Positions 13,208 to 26,140 of a DNA stretch of 64,000 nt are shown here, piece by piece. The DNA is from Octopus sinensis. Taxonomy: Eukaryota. The notes below the pieces were generated by a model. That model was given only the letters and a program-made list of their open reading frames with translations. It searched no databases and was not told the origin of the DNA. Location of the stretch: positions 44,454,001-44,518,000 of the forward strand of contig NC_043004.1 in assembly GCF_006345805.1 (NCBI RefSeq), written 5' to 3'. Position numbers and translations under genes: made by a program. Numbering within the stretch: the first letter of the stretch is position 1; the number at the start of each line of letters is the position of its first letter.

Positions 13208-13586
13208 TAGGCGTAGGAGCGACTGTGTGGTAAGTAGCTTTCTTACAAACCACATGGTTCTGGGTTCAAATCCATTACGTGACACCTTGGGCAAGTGTCT
13301 CCTACTATAGCCTCGGGCCGATCAAAGCCTTGTGAGTGGATTTGGTAGACGGAAACTGAAAGAAGCCCGTCGTATATATGTGTATATATATGTGTGTGTT
13401 TGTCACATGACAACCGATGGTGGTGTGTTTGCGTCCACCGTAACTTAGCGGTTCGGCAAAAGTGACCGATAGAATAAGTACTAAGCTTACAGAGAATAAG
13501 TCCCGGGGTCGATTTGCTCGACTAAAGGCGGTGCTCCAGCATGGCCACAGTCAAAATGACTGAAACAAGTAAAGGAGTAAAAGAGT
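13208..13586 (+). mobile_element. SINE family A, full length
   Basis: AGGCGTAGGAGCGACTGTGTGGTAAG..GGTTCAAATCC..ACCTTGGGCAAG..GTAAAAGAG. Confidence 0.92.
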
Positions 13587-13665
13587 ATATGTACAGCCAG
13601 AACTAGTACAACATGATATGATGAAGAACAAACAAGCATATTGAAAAATTCAAATTATGAACAAT

Positions 13666-14120
13666 CAGGTGTGGCTGGGTGATTAAGAAGCTTCTTTTCC
13701 AACCATGTAGTTTGGGCTCAATTCCACTGCGCGGCAACTTGTCGCAAGTGTCTTCTGTTTATGGCCCTGAGTCAACCAAGACCTCGCGAGTGGATTTAGC
13801 AGGTGGAAACTGAAAGAAATCCGTCGTATATGTGTTTGTATGTTTGTGCGTGGGTGTGTATGTGTGCGTGTTTGTGTGTGTGTGTTTGCGTATGTATGTT
13901 TGTGTGTGTACATGTATGTTTATGTGTGTCTTTGGTGTTTGTAATCACCACCTTTTGGCAACCGGTTTTGGTTCGTTTGCGTCCTTGTGACTTAGCGGCA
14001 AAAGAGATTGGTAGAACAAGTGCCAGACGCTAAAAGAATAAGCACTGATTCGATTTGCTCTCTTTCAAGTCGGTGCCCCAGCAGGGCCGAGGTTGTATAA
14101 TTGAAACACTGCAAAAAAGT
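13666..14120 (+). mobile_element. SINE family A, older divergent copy
   Basis: Same module order with higher divergence. Confidence 0.8.
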
Positions 14121-16289
14121 AAAATGAAACGTTACATATAATAATCTTACTAGACATAAGGAGTAAATACATGTATAATAAAGCATGAATACAAGGGAGA
14201 TATATACGGCTACAAATCTAATAATATTTAGAAATGAACAAAGAGAACCTCGAAGTAAAAAGTATTGGATTGAAAGGCAAAACACGAAAAAGAAAGCGGA
14301 TATCTCCACTTATGGAGCAAATAAAACACATACCATAATAAACAATATAAACCCAGTAATGCAGAACTAATTAAACATGTGAAAACAAAGACTACAATCT
14401 AAATTGAAGAACTAAGAACATAACCTACAATATAGATCTAGGTAAGTTTATTTATATGATGAAGTATATAGCCAAGCATTCTGAACACTTGAAATTAAAA
14501 AAAACTAAGAAGATAACCCGCAGTATAGATTAAGGAAAGTATACATACATGATGAAGTATAAAGCCAAACATTCTGGACACTTTTACTGTAACCAAGTAT
14601 GAAGAGACTTAAATTCAATCACATATGAGGATGACAGATTATAACTAAGAAAAATTTAGTACATAGCGACTTCAAAGTAGAATATAACGACATAGACAAG
14701 AGGCGATGGATGGAAGTAAATTGAAATGATATACAAGTAAAGAACGTTCTAAGATGAAGATAATAAAAAAACTGATACAATAAGTTCACAAAAGGAGAAT
14801 ACACCTTAAAGTAGAACAAAATTCAGATTGTGTAAAGACAAAGGGAAAGCTTTAAAAATACTTCCCTAAATCAACATGAGCGGGGATGAGGGAAAATTTA
14901 TAACGAGAAAAGTTAGGTAAACTATAACTATAAATAGAAAAAAAAAAGTAAAGTAAAATCACTAGCAAAGAATAGAAGACAAACATAAGGCCAGGTACAA
15001 AAAAAAGAAAAAAAGGAACAACCAGTGATAACCAAAATGACTATTAACCTGAGAAACTGTAAAACAAATAATGCAATATTCAGAAAGGAACTTGTGCGGG
15101 AACGAAATCGGACAATTTTTTGAACAAATTTATACGTTTTCGATATCCAGTTTACTGCAAGGTTCTCGATCATCAAACAAGTTTCCATTTGGCGGTTTCA
15201 TTTCTGACTGACCCTGCACCTCAGCAGTGCCCAACACAACATTATTATCCTGCAAAGTTTTCAGATCTTGATTCAAAATCTTTAGGCGTAACTGATAATC
15301 AGAAACATCCGTATCCGTTATTCAGTTTAATACAAGTTGTCGCGCATCAACACCGTTTATTGCTCGTAGTTTCATTTCATCGTACTCCACGCATTAGTAT
15401 CGAACGAAATACGGTCCAATTTAACAAGTACTAAGGTCTTTCTCTAGTATATTCAATTCAGGAACTGACAATCATAGTTGTAATAAATACCAAAGTAAGC
15501 AGATCTGAATAACATATCCAAACACATTCTCCACTACTGTTCTAAATGAATGCAAACCTCAATTTGTATCAACTATAGCTAACATCTGGGGAATATTACA
15601 AAAAGGAAAATTATATATCAGATTATTTGCTCTACCAGTCTTCTCATCTGAGTTGTTAAAATAGAAAATCATCAGGTCTGATAGTCTTGAGATTAATTTC
15701 ACTAAACTTCTTTGTATTGAAATATTGGAGAAAACAAGGAGATCGATAAAGACCGGCAGCTAGCAGAGAAGAAATTTTCAGATTTGGTATTTATTTTAAC
15801 TACCCACTTATTCGCGCTACTGGTACTGCTCAAATACAGGTTTTTTGGTCACATTTAATGCACTTTGTAACTGAGCTTACAGTTGCTCGGTCACTGAGGA
15901 ATTGTGATCCCTGGATCTGCTATCGAAAAAAAAGCGCAGAACTATTGTATCAATTAATAATTGTACCTTTTAGATTGATTAATTTTCTGCGTTTTGTAAG
16001 GTGAAATGTGAGTGTGTGTGTTTGCGTATGTATGTGTCCACGCGTGCCTATGTACGTGTCCGTATGCATGTGTGTACATATGTATACATGTATATGTCTA
16101 ATTATCAATCTATTCCTACACACACACACACATGATAAAGCCACTTAGTGTACATTAAATAATCAATACTAAGTGTAGCAATTTTTATTGAAGGTGTGCA
16201 TTCAACAGATACACACACACTTATGTCTATCAAACTACCTATCAATATCTATATCTATTTATACATGTATGTCATTATTCAGTTCTATT

Positions 16290-17160
16290 TGGAGATTTTC
16301 TTGACAACAAAATATAGAAATAGTCGGTTTCTAACCTAGATCCAAGGAACCTTCATTGCAATCTCAACATCAACAACAGGGTATATTTGCTTGTATGTAT
16401 GTATTATGACATACATACAAGTTTACTTCAAGATGTTTCTAACCTAGATCCAAGGCTCCTTCATTGGAATTTCTACATCAGTTGGAATTTCAACATCGAT
16501 ATACATGTATGCATGTGTGCATGTACGTATGTATGTATGTATGTATGTATGTATGTATGTATGTATGTATGTATGTATGTATGTATGTGAGTGTGTATGT
16601 ATGTATGTATGTGTGTATGTGTGTATGTATGTATTGTATGTATGTATGTGCAGATTTGTAAGATTTTTTGTATGTATTCTCATGCATATAGTTGCATATC
16701 TTTCATGCAGCTATATGCATGAAAATTTTACAGATATTTACAGTTCTTGTGATGGTTTGGATCTGTAGACTTTGAATTAGCTTTCTCCTTTCTAGTTTTG
16801 AGAAGCCTAATTTCTCAACGTCGGTATTTAGGCATATTCCAGGATCCCAATAATTACAGGTATAAACCTGAACTTGTAATCTGGATAGAGTAACCGCAGA
16901 TTTCTCAATAGTTCAACATAGGTGTTCTCTTTTTCCCTGATCTTCAGATTTATGTTAACATCCGCTGGGCAGCTAATTTCCACAACTGTACACAGTTTCT
17001 CTTCTCTATCGCAAATCATTATATCAGGTCTGTCGTGCTTACATTTCATTGAGGTCTTCACTGGCATATTCCACCAGTATTCCTTTTTCTTATGAGTGGC
17101 TATGGCTTGTACCTTATTGTAGGGTCTTATTTCTTTGTCTTCGGGATTATTCTTCCGACG
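16290..17160 (-). mobile_element. RLE-type (R4/Dong-like) non-LTR retrotransposon 3' remnant
   Basis: KEYWWNMPVKTSMKCKHDRPDIMICDREEKLCTVVEISCP..PVIIG is a PD-(D/E)xK-type endonuclease. 3'UTR, (CATA)n and a terminal module are shared with the copy at 48570-49950. Confidence 0.82.
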
Positions 17161-17723
17161 CCTGTCATAATGTATGTGTGCATGTATGTATGTATGTATA
17201 TAAATATATAACTGAAAACTTGTTTAGAGTATTAATTCTACAGTTACTTGCAAAAATCATTCTTACACGTGTTACAGTCAAGGGTGTTATACGCAACTAT
17301 ATTATTTAGTTGCGATGCATTACGTATATCCCTAAATCGTCATTGTTTATTTCAATGTATTTTGTTATTGTTCATTCGTAATTTATAGAAGATGAAAAAA
17401 TACCATAAAAACTTTTAACAGAAAATTTTAGATGAAACAATACGTAAAAAGATACATAAATATCCCAACCTATTTTCTCTAAGAATTAATAAATGTCAAA
17501 CAGCATTCACAGAGAATGCAAAAAAGCAAAATTGATGAGTTCGAATGTCAGCTAGAGACAGATATATGACATGGTAGGCTGGTCGTCTGAGACTCACCGA
17601 TCTAGGTTTATTCTTTTAATTACACACAAATAAAATTCTTATAATTTTACGCTAGCATTCATTAAAAAGTAGGCATGTATTTCTACAGGCGTAAACACAC
17701 ATAGGTATATAAAGACACTGTAT

Positions 17724-17724
<1 letters not shown>

Positions 17725-17766
<42 letters not shown>

Positions 17767-17862
17767 ATATACATATATATACATACATATATACATACAT
17801 ATATACATATATACATACATATATATATACATATATATACATATATTTATACATATATATAC

Positions 17863-17895
<33 letters not shown>

Positions 17896-17963
17896 CATAT
17901 ATATATGCATATATATATATACATATATATACATACATATATATATACATATATATATACATA

Positions 17964-18008
<45 letters not shown>
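17725..18008. repeat. Degenerate (TA)n/(TACA)n microsatellite
   Basis: Direct reading. Confidence 0.97.
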
Positions 18009-18010
<2 letters not shown>

Positions 18011-18651
18011 ACGTCAGCAATTACCGTCAATTTCACTGCTAAATAGTAGCTTTTCGAATGGGAGAGCATTTATATAAACAAACTTTGGACGCGTCAACTG
18101 TGTTGCTTTACAGACATGAAGTTAAATTTCGAAGGTAATATAGCAGTGAAAACAATATAAAAGCATTAAGTATTTAGCCTTATAAGACGGGAAAATGTGT
18201 TGGTATTTATCAACACATTTGACGCTTCCAGAGTTGGTCCTTAAAAAGGTTCTAGCATTGAAAAACCTATTATTTAGCATTAGAAAAAACTAATCTCTCT
18301 CTGCTGTTTTACCAGCTAAAAAGCGTCCGAAATTTTCAAAATTTGCCTTCTTGTTTCTAAAATACCAACACCTTCGACATATATATATATATATATATGT
18401 ACCCACAAGAGTAAAAAGGAGAGAGAGAGGCAGGCAGAAGCAAGGAAAATGCCACTTGTATTTGAACACTGTAAAAATATTCTTTTAAATAAATTTCTTT
18501 TAATTTTTCCAAATTTAATTGTTTTCCATAGTTACAGTTGAAAAAGTCTCAATGACTGAAACCGGTACTGAAATTTTTTTTATAAAATTATATTAGCATT
18601 TTCTATCTTGACTTTTTCTTCCATATAAATATATATATATATATATATATG

Positions 18652-19025
18652 TTCTTTTTTTTATTTCAGTGATTTGACTGTGGCCATGCAGGAGCACCGG
18701 ATTTTTAGTCGAAGAAATCAACCGCATGACTTATTCTTCTGAACCTGGTACTAATTCCATCGGCCTCTGTTGCCGAACTGCTAAGTTACCGGGACATAAT
18801 CATGGCAGCATCAGATATCGAGCGATAGTGGCGGGAACGGAGACACAAAGACACAAACAAAACATATATGTGTGTGTATGTGTGTATCTACGACAGGCTT
18901 CTTTCATTTTCCATCTACCAGATCCACTCATAAGGATTTTGTCGGCCCGAGGCTATAGCAGAAGACGCAGTGGGACTGAACCTAGACGCATGGGAAGCAA
19001 GCTTCTCACCACACAGCCACGTCTG

Positions 19026-19027
<2 letters not shown>
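18652..19027 (-). mobile_element. SINE family A
   Basis: Reverse-complement match with a small deletion in the CORE-like box. Confidence 0.85.
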
Positions 19028-19106
<79 letters not shown>

Positions 19107-19240
19107 TATATATATACATATATACATATATATACGTACATATCCACTCATGAGTTTCTTTTGTGTGTGTCTAAGATACATATATACAAAATTGTATCAC
19201 TGTGTTGTTTTAGAAGTGAATATGCTATCGATTGTACTTA

Positions 19241-19298
<58 letters not shown>

Positions 19299-19879
19299 CA
19301 TATACGTGAGTGTGTGTGTGAGTGTGAAGTCGCGCACACATATACTGTTATCAATGTATACCTGTGGTTCAATATTAAAGCATTAATCTCTGTTTGCTTG
19401 TGTGTGTATATATATGTGTGTATGTGTGTGTCTATATGTGTTTGTATCGTTTTCGAGTTGCTCTGTGTATCTTGTATTTGTATCTGTGAGTGTTTGATAG
19501 AATAATGAGAAAACTGTCAAGAGACCTCGTATGAATTGAGACAATTTTGTTTTAGAACGGAAATGAAAAAAAAATCATTTCAATAAAAATAAAATAAAAG
19601 AAAAGAAAAAAAAACACATCCATGAAAGGTAAGAATATATGTCAGAGCTGTGTTTATGTCCTATCAATCTTGAACTGCTTCTTAGATTAGAAGAATATAT
19701 AAAGAGAGATGTCGAACTGTGCGTAATAGGAAGATTATTTGATCTTGTCTGATAAACAGTTCACCGGATTAAAATTCAAATGAACGCCTCATTTTGTATA
19801 AAGACGCAAATGCTGATTGTTGAGGCGGTTGGGTCTCATACATTTCACCACACTCTTAGATTAAATAAGCGCATATTAG

Positions 19880-20580
19880 CTCAGGCGTAACAAAGATACT
19901 GACAGCGGGATGGATCCGGCCCTCTGCAGGTTTTCATCCAGCCGTTACTTAACTTTATTTAAAAGAAAAAATTACTAATATTTTTTTAATGTTAAGATAT
20001 TTTGTAAAATTTATATCCCTGGCTTAAATGAAATTTCTTTCAAAACCTGGTTCTGATAATTTCAATATTTTACTTTTCAGTAAAGCTGTATTTATTTATT
20101 TATTTTTTGATTTAACCATATTTTTTTATATAACATGATTGATGTAAATAAAACATATATAATCAATTCAATTTTTAAGTATTTCAAATAAAGTATTGAA
20201 ATTTTGCAAAAAAATGTAAACTCAGTAACATGACCGCAAACATTCATATAGCTTGCTGGATTCCTGCGCTTATCCATTCCTGTTGGCAACTTACCATCAA
20301 AACAGACAGTTCTCAAATTTTTGTTTTATTTTCACGAAGAAGAGAAAGAGAATTTTTGAAAATGTCAAAACTGCAAGAAATAAGGTCATGGAAACATGGT
20401 GAGAAACAAACCTTCCCATTGGTTAGAAAGCGGATATTCAAAAGCGCATTCTTTAGCTGTACAAAGAATGGTAAAAGTTCGTTTCAATATTACAATCATA
20501 AAACGGACGAAAACTTGATAGATCACCGCAAAGCAAGGTCGAAGGCAAATGATTGGTTTCATGGATAAAAAATATTCAAA
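19880..20580 (+). mobile_element. Possible decayed hAT (Charlie-like) left end and transposase N-terminus
   Basis: GGATCCGGCCC subterminal-like motif at ~19911-19921. Degenerate MSK..KRIFKS..FF..NGK..YNIKR resembles my recollection of the Charlie/SPIN N-terminus. Weak. Confidence 0.3.
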
Positions 20581-20654
20581 AGTTTGTGAGGAAGAAAATA
20601 AAAATAAAATTGAAGATAACCAAGAAATACAGTACTACAAATATTACACGTGCT

Positions 20655-20810
20655 ATATTAGTTCATCAGCATCAGCACCATCATCATCGTCATCATCGTC
20701 ATCGTCATCATCATCATCACCACAACCACCACAACCACCACCACCACCACCACCGCCACCACACCACCACCACCGCCACCACACCACCACCACCATCATC
20801 ATCATCATGT
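20655..20810. repeat. (CAT)n/(CAC)n trinucleotide microsatellite
   Basis: Direct reading. Confidence 0.95.
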
Positions 20811-21977
20811 AACAAAGATATTGCCTGTGAATTTACGCAAAAGCAAGAATGCTCGTAACGAAGAGCTAATCAAAAGGTAATAACCGCCAATTAGCATATA
20901 TATTTCCAGAGCTCTGGACTGGAATTGAATGAGAGATGGAATTGAAAGATATTTTGATTCTGTTTACTCATCAAAAAAAAAAAAAAAATATTATTCATGT
21001 GTGTCAAAGTCAAAGCATTTTTCGCGCCAGCAGGATTACACAAAGAAAACATATGTACCGAACAGAAGAATTAAATGCTTTTAATTTGTCATTCCAGCCT
21101 CCACATTCTTCAGTGGAATCGAAAATAGATACAATATATGCTGGAAAAGCAAAGATCATCAATTGTTGTTTGCAGTATATATATATATATATATATTCTA
21201 TATTGTCTAAGCCTTAACCTGACGGGTTATCGCAAGTAGAACTTTCTTGTCAGCAAAATCTTATGGTCCTATTCGTCGAGCAGGGAATGCCCACCCTTAG
21301 ATTGGTACAAATGCGCAAATATTTTTTACATCCCTAATCGACAAACGGGGAATTTCATGCCTGTAGCGGGTAGCGTCTAAAATGCAGCTCTCTTTTCTCT
21401 GGAGTTTAAGAGTGCCTCTGTGTCAAGCGTGTTTTTAACAATCCTTATCCCCTCTCCCATGCAAAGCTTTGCATCGTCTGCTTCCGTTTATATAGGACTC
21501 CGCTTACCCTATAAGCTTCTATGAAACACTATGAAATTATATTTCTTAAATGTGATGGGAAGAAGCCAGGGTATACGTTAGTGTGATGGTAGTACACATG
21601 TCGTAATACATAGAGGTGTGGGTTCGTGTCCTACTTTTTTTTCCGTCGAGGTCTTATATGACCCTATATTAGGCTATTTACCTAGCGTCAAACAAGGCTT
21701 ACTGAGTGAAACTTGGTAGATAGAAACTGTATAAATGTTTGGTGCGTAAATTCCAGGCAAAATTTACAGGAGTCGAGCTAGCTTCATATTTTGTCCACGC
21801 TTTATCTGAGAAGTACCTTAAAAGTATACGTGTCTAAGAAATGCTCAACTGCCAATACCTTAATTCAGGAGTAGTTAAATCAGTTGATGGGAGAAATGAA
21901 TGCTCATCAATTGCACAGCAGGAAGCTGCAACCACCGGATGTGCTTGTGTGTTTACTTATGTGTTTGTGCGTATGTG

Positions 21978-22019
<42 letters not shown>

Positions 22020-22716
22020 CGACAGACAGATGGAGAGAGCACGAGAGAAAATTTCCGACTAACAACATAACAGCATTGGTTATCTTCTGGTTATTACATA
22101 CATTCATTTAATGAATCTCTACAAATGATTAAGCTAATATTACGAAATAGAATAAGAGACACTCGTACACAAGCACACACACATGCACACGCACAAACAA
22201 GCACACGCAAAGACACAAAGACACAGACACACGCGTAGGCAAGCACACGAACGAAGAACCCAGAAAGTGAAAGCAAGCAATTTAGTTTTTTGTTGGTTTT
22301 TATTTTTAAAAAAGAGAGAGAATTTCAATGACGATTTCATTACGTTTATTGCATCAATTTAAGAATCGTATATAAACATTCCTAGACAAGTAAATATCCT
22401 ATGGTTGCTGGGAAACGATGCTAAGAGAAGAGAGAAAGACGGAATAATGCAGAGCGCGAAATGGAATTCTAGAATTGCCACTTAAAATTCCATAATATTA
22501 TCTTAATAATTCTGAAGAAAGTACGTTAAAAACATAGACTTTCTTATTTCATTTATTTATTTTACTCATTCTGCGACTAATTTTTGGCTGTTGCTCAGAT
22601 TCTGGTAGAAATAGCAGCTAGAATTTACTCAAATAACAGTCTAAAACCTTAAAAAGACATGGCACGTTTGATACACATGTTTGTATTATGTTTGTATGTT
22701 TAGGCGTGTGTGTATT

Positions 22717-22747
<31 letters not shown>

Positions 22748-22812
22748 GCATGTGTATGTGTCTGTATGCGAGTGTAGGTGTGTGTAAAGCATACGTTAAT
22801 TCTATTATCTAT

Positions 22813-23622
22813 GTAGGTGCAGGCGTGGCTGTGTGGCAAGACGTCTGTTTCCTAACCATATGGTTCCGAGTTCAGTTTCACTTAGTGGTAGCTTGTGAAG
22901 GTCCCTTGTCCTATAGCCTTGAGCCAACCAATGCTTTGGATTCGGTAGATGGAAACTGAACGTAAACCGTCATATATGTGTATGTATATATGGTGTCTAT
23001 GTGTGTCTCTGTTCCCCACACCACCGCAATTCGACAACCGGTAATGCTTTCTTTACGTCACTGTATATTGGAATGGAAGCACTCCGTCGGTTACGACGAC
23101 GAGGGTTCCGGTTGATCCGAATCAACGGAACAGCCTGCTCGTGAAATTAACGTGTAAGTGGCTGAGCACTCCACAGACACGTGTACCCTTAACGTAGTTC
23201 TCGGGGATATTCAGCGTGACACAGAGAGTGACAAGGCCGACCCTTTGAAATACAGGTACAACAGAAACAGGAAGTAAGAGTGAGAGAAAGTTGTGGTGAA
23301 AGAGTACAGCAGGGATCACCACCATCCCCTGCCGGAGCTGCGTGGAGCTTTAGGTGTTTTCGCTCAATAAACACTCACAACGCCCGGTCTGGGAATCGAA
23401 ACCGCGATCCTATGACCGCGAGTCCGCTGCCCTAACCACTGGGCCATTGCGCCTCCACCACTGTATATTAACGGCTAGGCTAAAGAGACCGATAGAATAA
23501 GTACCAGGTTTATAAAAGAAAGAAAAGTAGTACTGGGGTTAATTCATTTGAATAAAAATCCTTCAACGCGGTGCCCCAGCTTGTCATCAGTCTAGTGACT
23601 AAAACAAATAAAAGATAAAAGA
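22813..23622 (+). mobile_element. SINE family A, old copy split by SINE C
   Basis: Left part 22813-23069; right part 23459-23622 (AGAGACCGATAGAATAAGTACC..GATAAAAGA). Confidence 0.82.
23070..23458 (-). mobile_element. Complete young tRNA-derived SINE, family C
   Basis: Head GGAGGCGCAATGGCCCAGTGGTTAGGGC..GGTTTCGATTCC with A and B boxes. Exact 11-bp TSD CACTGTATATT at 23059-23069 and 23459-23469, inside a SINE A copy. Confidence 0.92.
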
Positions 23623-23689
23623 TATACTTTATAAATTTATCAAACACTTTAAATATACCGACGTAACTTTTAGCAATGATCAATCTTAT

Positions 23690-25368
23690 CATCCTAATAA
23701 AAAGCCAAACTACTAAAGCTAAAACTTACTGCACAATATCCTACGAAAACATCATGCATATGATATGTCAATATGTCTCTATAAGATGATTGTAGCAACA
23801 AGAAGATTATAATTCGGGCACAAACTGGGGAAAAGGAAAGGGATATATTGAGAATCTTCTAAATAAAATGGTACGGGAGAGAACAATAAAGAACTGCAGA
23901 AATTTGTCTGTGGTATGGCTGGACTTCTAAAATTCTTTGGGTGGAATGTTAAAGCACTGTGATTAACCGCTAGTATCTGCCATCTACCACCAAACCAAAG
24001 CCTGGTGCACCATACACTACTAAATGTCAGCTTTCAGGATAATAGCTTGAAGGTATTGATTTTTATTCTCCGATTAAACCGTATATCCTACCTGATCATT
24101 AAGCATAGTAGCCATGAGAATAATTCCAGTAAACTCTCTTACCTCTTTTTTTAACGACCTGCATTTATATGGGTCGAGTATGAAACAAATTGAGAAAGTA
24201 ACTGCAGCTCATAACACATTTCTCTGAAGACACTGGAATGAAATTTGATGAATTTAAGCATAAATATTTGGTGGTAAAACGTGGCAACCTTCAAAATATT
24301 AACCTTGAACAGCTTAAAAACACTGCATCTACTCACTGGTGAAAACACAGGGTGAAAACCTCATCTATGGTTTAATAAAGGGAAATCAAGAAAAAAATAC
24401 TTTAACAGATTTTTTTTTTAAATATGGTCTTCTCAACTCTCAATTTACAAGCATGTCTTCCGCAGTATATTTGCAGTGCCTATTTTCAAGCCCATATTTG
24501 GTCATCCAAATGGCAAATGCAGGGGCTTAACATAATTCACATTCGCAGTCTGTTTAGTCCAAGCATGGATGATGACTGCGGTCTTAAATCTGTATTGATG
24601 TAATGTGAAGTACGTTTTGTGACAATGAAGCAGCATTGGCAGCGCACGAACAGAGCATGGACTATTTCACTGAGAAGATCCTGCATGGGTATTTGAACGA
24701 AAGGTGCAAGTCATGGAAGAAATAGATCATATCAAAAGCTTGGCGTGGAGTACAGACAACTTTATGACATCACACTTGGAAGACTACCGCCATGCAATTT
24801 AGGAATAAGTGATTTCTAGCAAGTACCTACAGCATAATATACAACAGACATTAATCGAAAACAAATGTAGACTGTGCAAAATTAATAGTTAAGACATCAA
24901 TCACATCAATGCCAGCTAGAAGAGAAAGTCTTCTAGGTATTATGAGACATGATGCGGTGACGTGGACACTCTAGGACAGACCAAGAAAAGAGAAAATACC
25001 AGCAAAGTCGACTCTGATAGACCGGATGATTAAAATAACATTAGTAGGACTGAAATATTGTTTTCAAATTTTGGGGCGAGGCCAGAAATTTTGGTGGGAG
25101 AGAATATGTCAGTTACATCTAACTCTGCGCTCAACTGGTACTTATTTTATCGACTTCGAAGCGTTGAAAGGCAAAATCGGCCTCGGTGGAATTTGAACTC
25201 AGAACGTAAGAAGAGAACGTAAGAACCCAGAACGTAAGAAGAACTCAGAAGAGGGGCGAAATGCCACTAAGCTCTTTGCTACGCGTGCTAACGATTCGGC
25301 CAGCTCACCTCTTTTATGGTGGAACATGTATGTTAAAACAGCTTTTAAGCTCAAACACAACCAGCCAT
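23690..25368 (+). mobile_element. Highly decayed RLE-type (R4/Dong-like) LINE, interrupted by a SINE B copy
   Basis: RT remnant CRNLSVVWLDF (~23896-23930), knuckle remnant CRLCKIN..DINHI (~24866-24910), and WWNMYVKTAFKLKHNQP resuming after the SINE at 25317-25367. Confidence 0.65.
25060..25310 (-). mobile_element. SINE family B, tail type 1, inserted in the RLE remnant
   Basis: Reverse-complement head and centre; internal triplication of AGAACGTAAGA. Confidence 0.82.
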
Positions 25369-25731
25369 GTATATATATATATATATATTCAAATGTATAT
25401 ATATATATACTAATCTTGCTTCTATTTGACGAACATGGTATTAAGCAAACGGACTAATAGTTTTATATTTAAAACATTATCTCAGCGTTAGTAGTATGTT
25501 GGTTGGCGGTGGTGGCCCCCGTGGTAGTTGTATTCGTTATCCAACAAATTCTTTTAGGTGAGTCTCATTTACTTCACTCATGTGAGAACTTTAATTCCGT
25601 AATCTGTTAAGAGAAAATACAAGGTATAGATCTTTCTGCGCCAATTGTTTATAGGAAGCTGGAAACATTTGAGTAAAGTTAATATAGTCGATATATAGTT
25701 TAAGTAGAAATATGTTGTAAAGTGAGTTCTG

Positions 25732-26140
25732 GGATCTTTTCGGTTTGAGCGGCAGTTTTTAAAAATAATCTCCACGTAACTAAACGCTTTTAAACTTCGT
25801 ATACTGGTAGGATGTGTTTATAAAACATCTTTTTCTCTGGGTTTTATTGAGAAACTTCTATAGTTTGTAAGATTGCTGTTTTTTTTCTTCAATTTCTGCA
25901 ATTTCAACCAATCAATGACGTCTATTGAGCTAAAATCATTCTGTGCCGTATGAAAATGTCCCTCGTTTAAGAAACAGATTGGGTTTATTTACATTTCTGA
26001 AGAAAAAAGATACTTTTGCCCACCACCCTCACTCTAACCCTAACACTAACCCTAGCCCTAAAATAGATTGAAATGCAATAGATCGATACTAGGGTCATAA
26101 TTATGGGTGACAATTTCATTTGACACCGCTAGAAAAAACT
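25732..26140. repeat. Probable dispersed repeat or MITE remnant with (CCCTAA)-like tract
   Basis: CTAACCCTAACACTAACCCTAGCCCTA at 26034-26060. Only a short AGTTTTT/AAAAACT inverted end is visible. Confidence 0.4.

Noticed and set aside
18191-18376. 12-bp inverted repeat GTGTTGGTATTT/AAATACCAACAC plus an inner hairpin, possible MITE
   Set aside because: Too short, with no TSD or second copy in the window.
20352-20400. CQNCKK*GH as a gag zinc knuckle
   Set aside because: In-frame stop, no final Cys, and no supporting context.
20549-20858. Poly-Ser/Pro/His ORFs
   Set aside because: (CAT)/(CAC) repeat read-through.
21570-21740. Very old SINE-like remnant (also ~53670-53800 and a head-only piece at 38386-38445)
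   Set aside because: Only fragmentary box matches; boundaries cannot be supported.
23380-23458. tRNA gene calls for SINE heads (here and in families A, B, D)
   Set aside because: A and B boxes are present but there is no complete cloverleaf; each continues into a SINE body.
25200-25250. Three AGAACGTAAGA repeats as a CRISPR-like array
   Set aside because: Short slippage duplication inside a SINE, no spacers, eukaryotic context.
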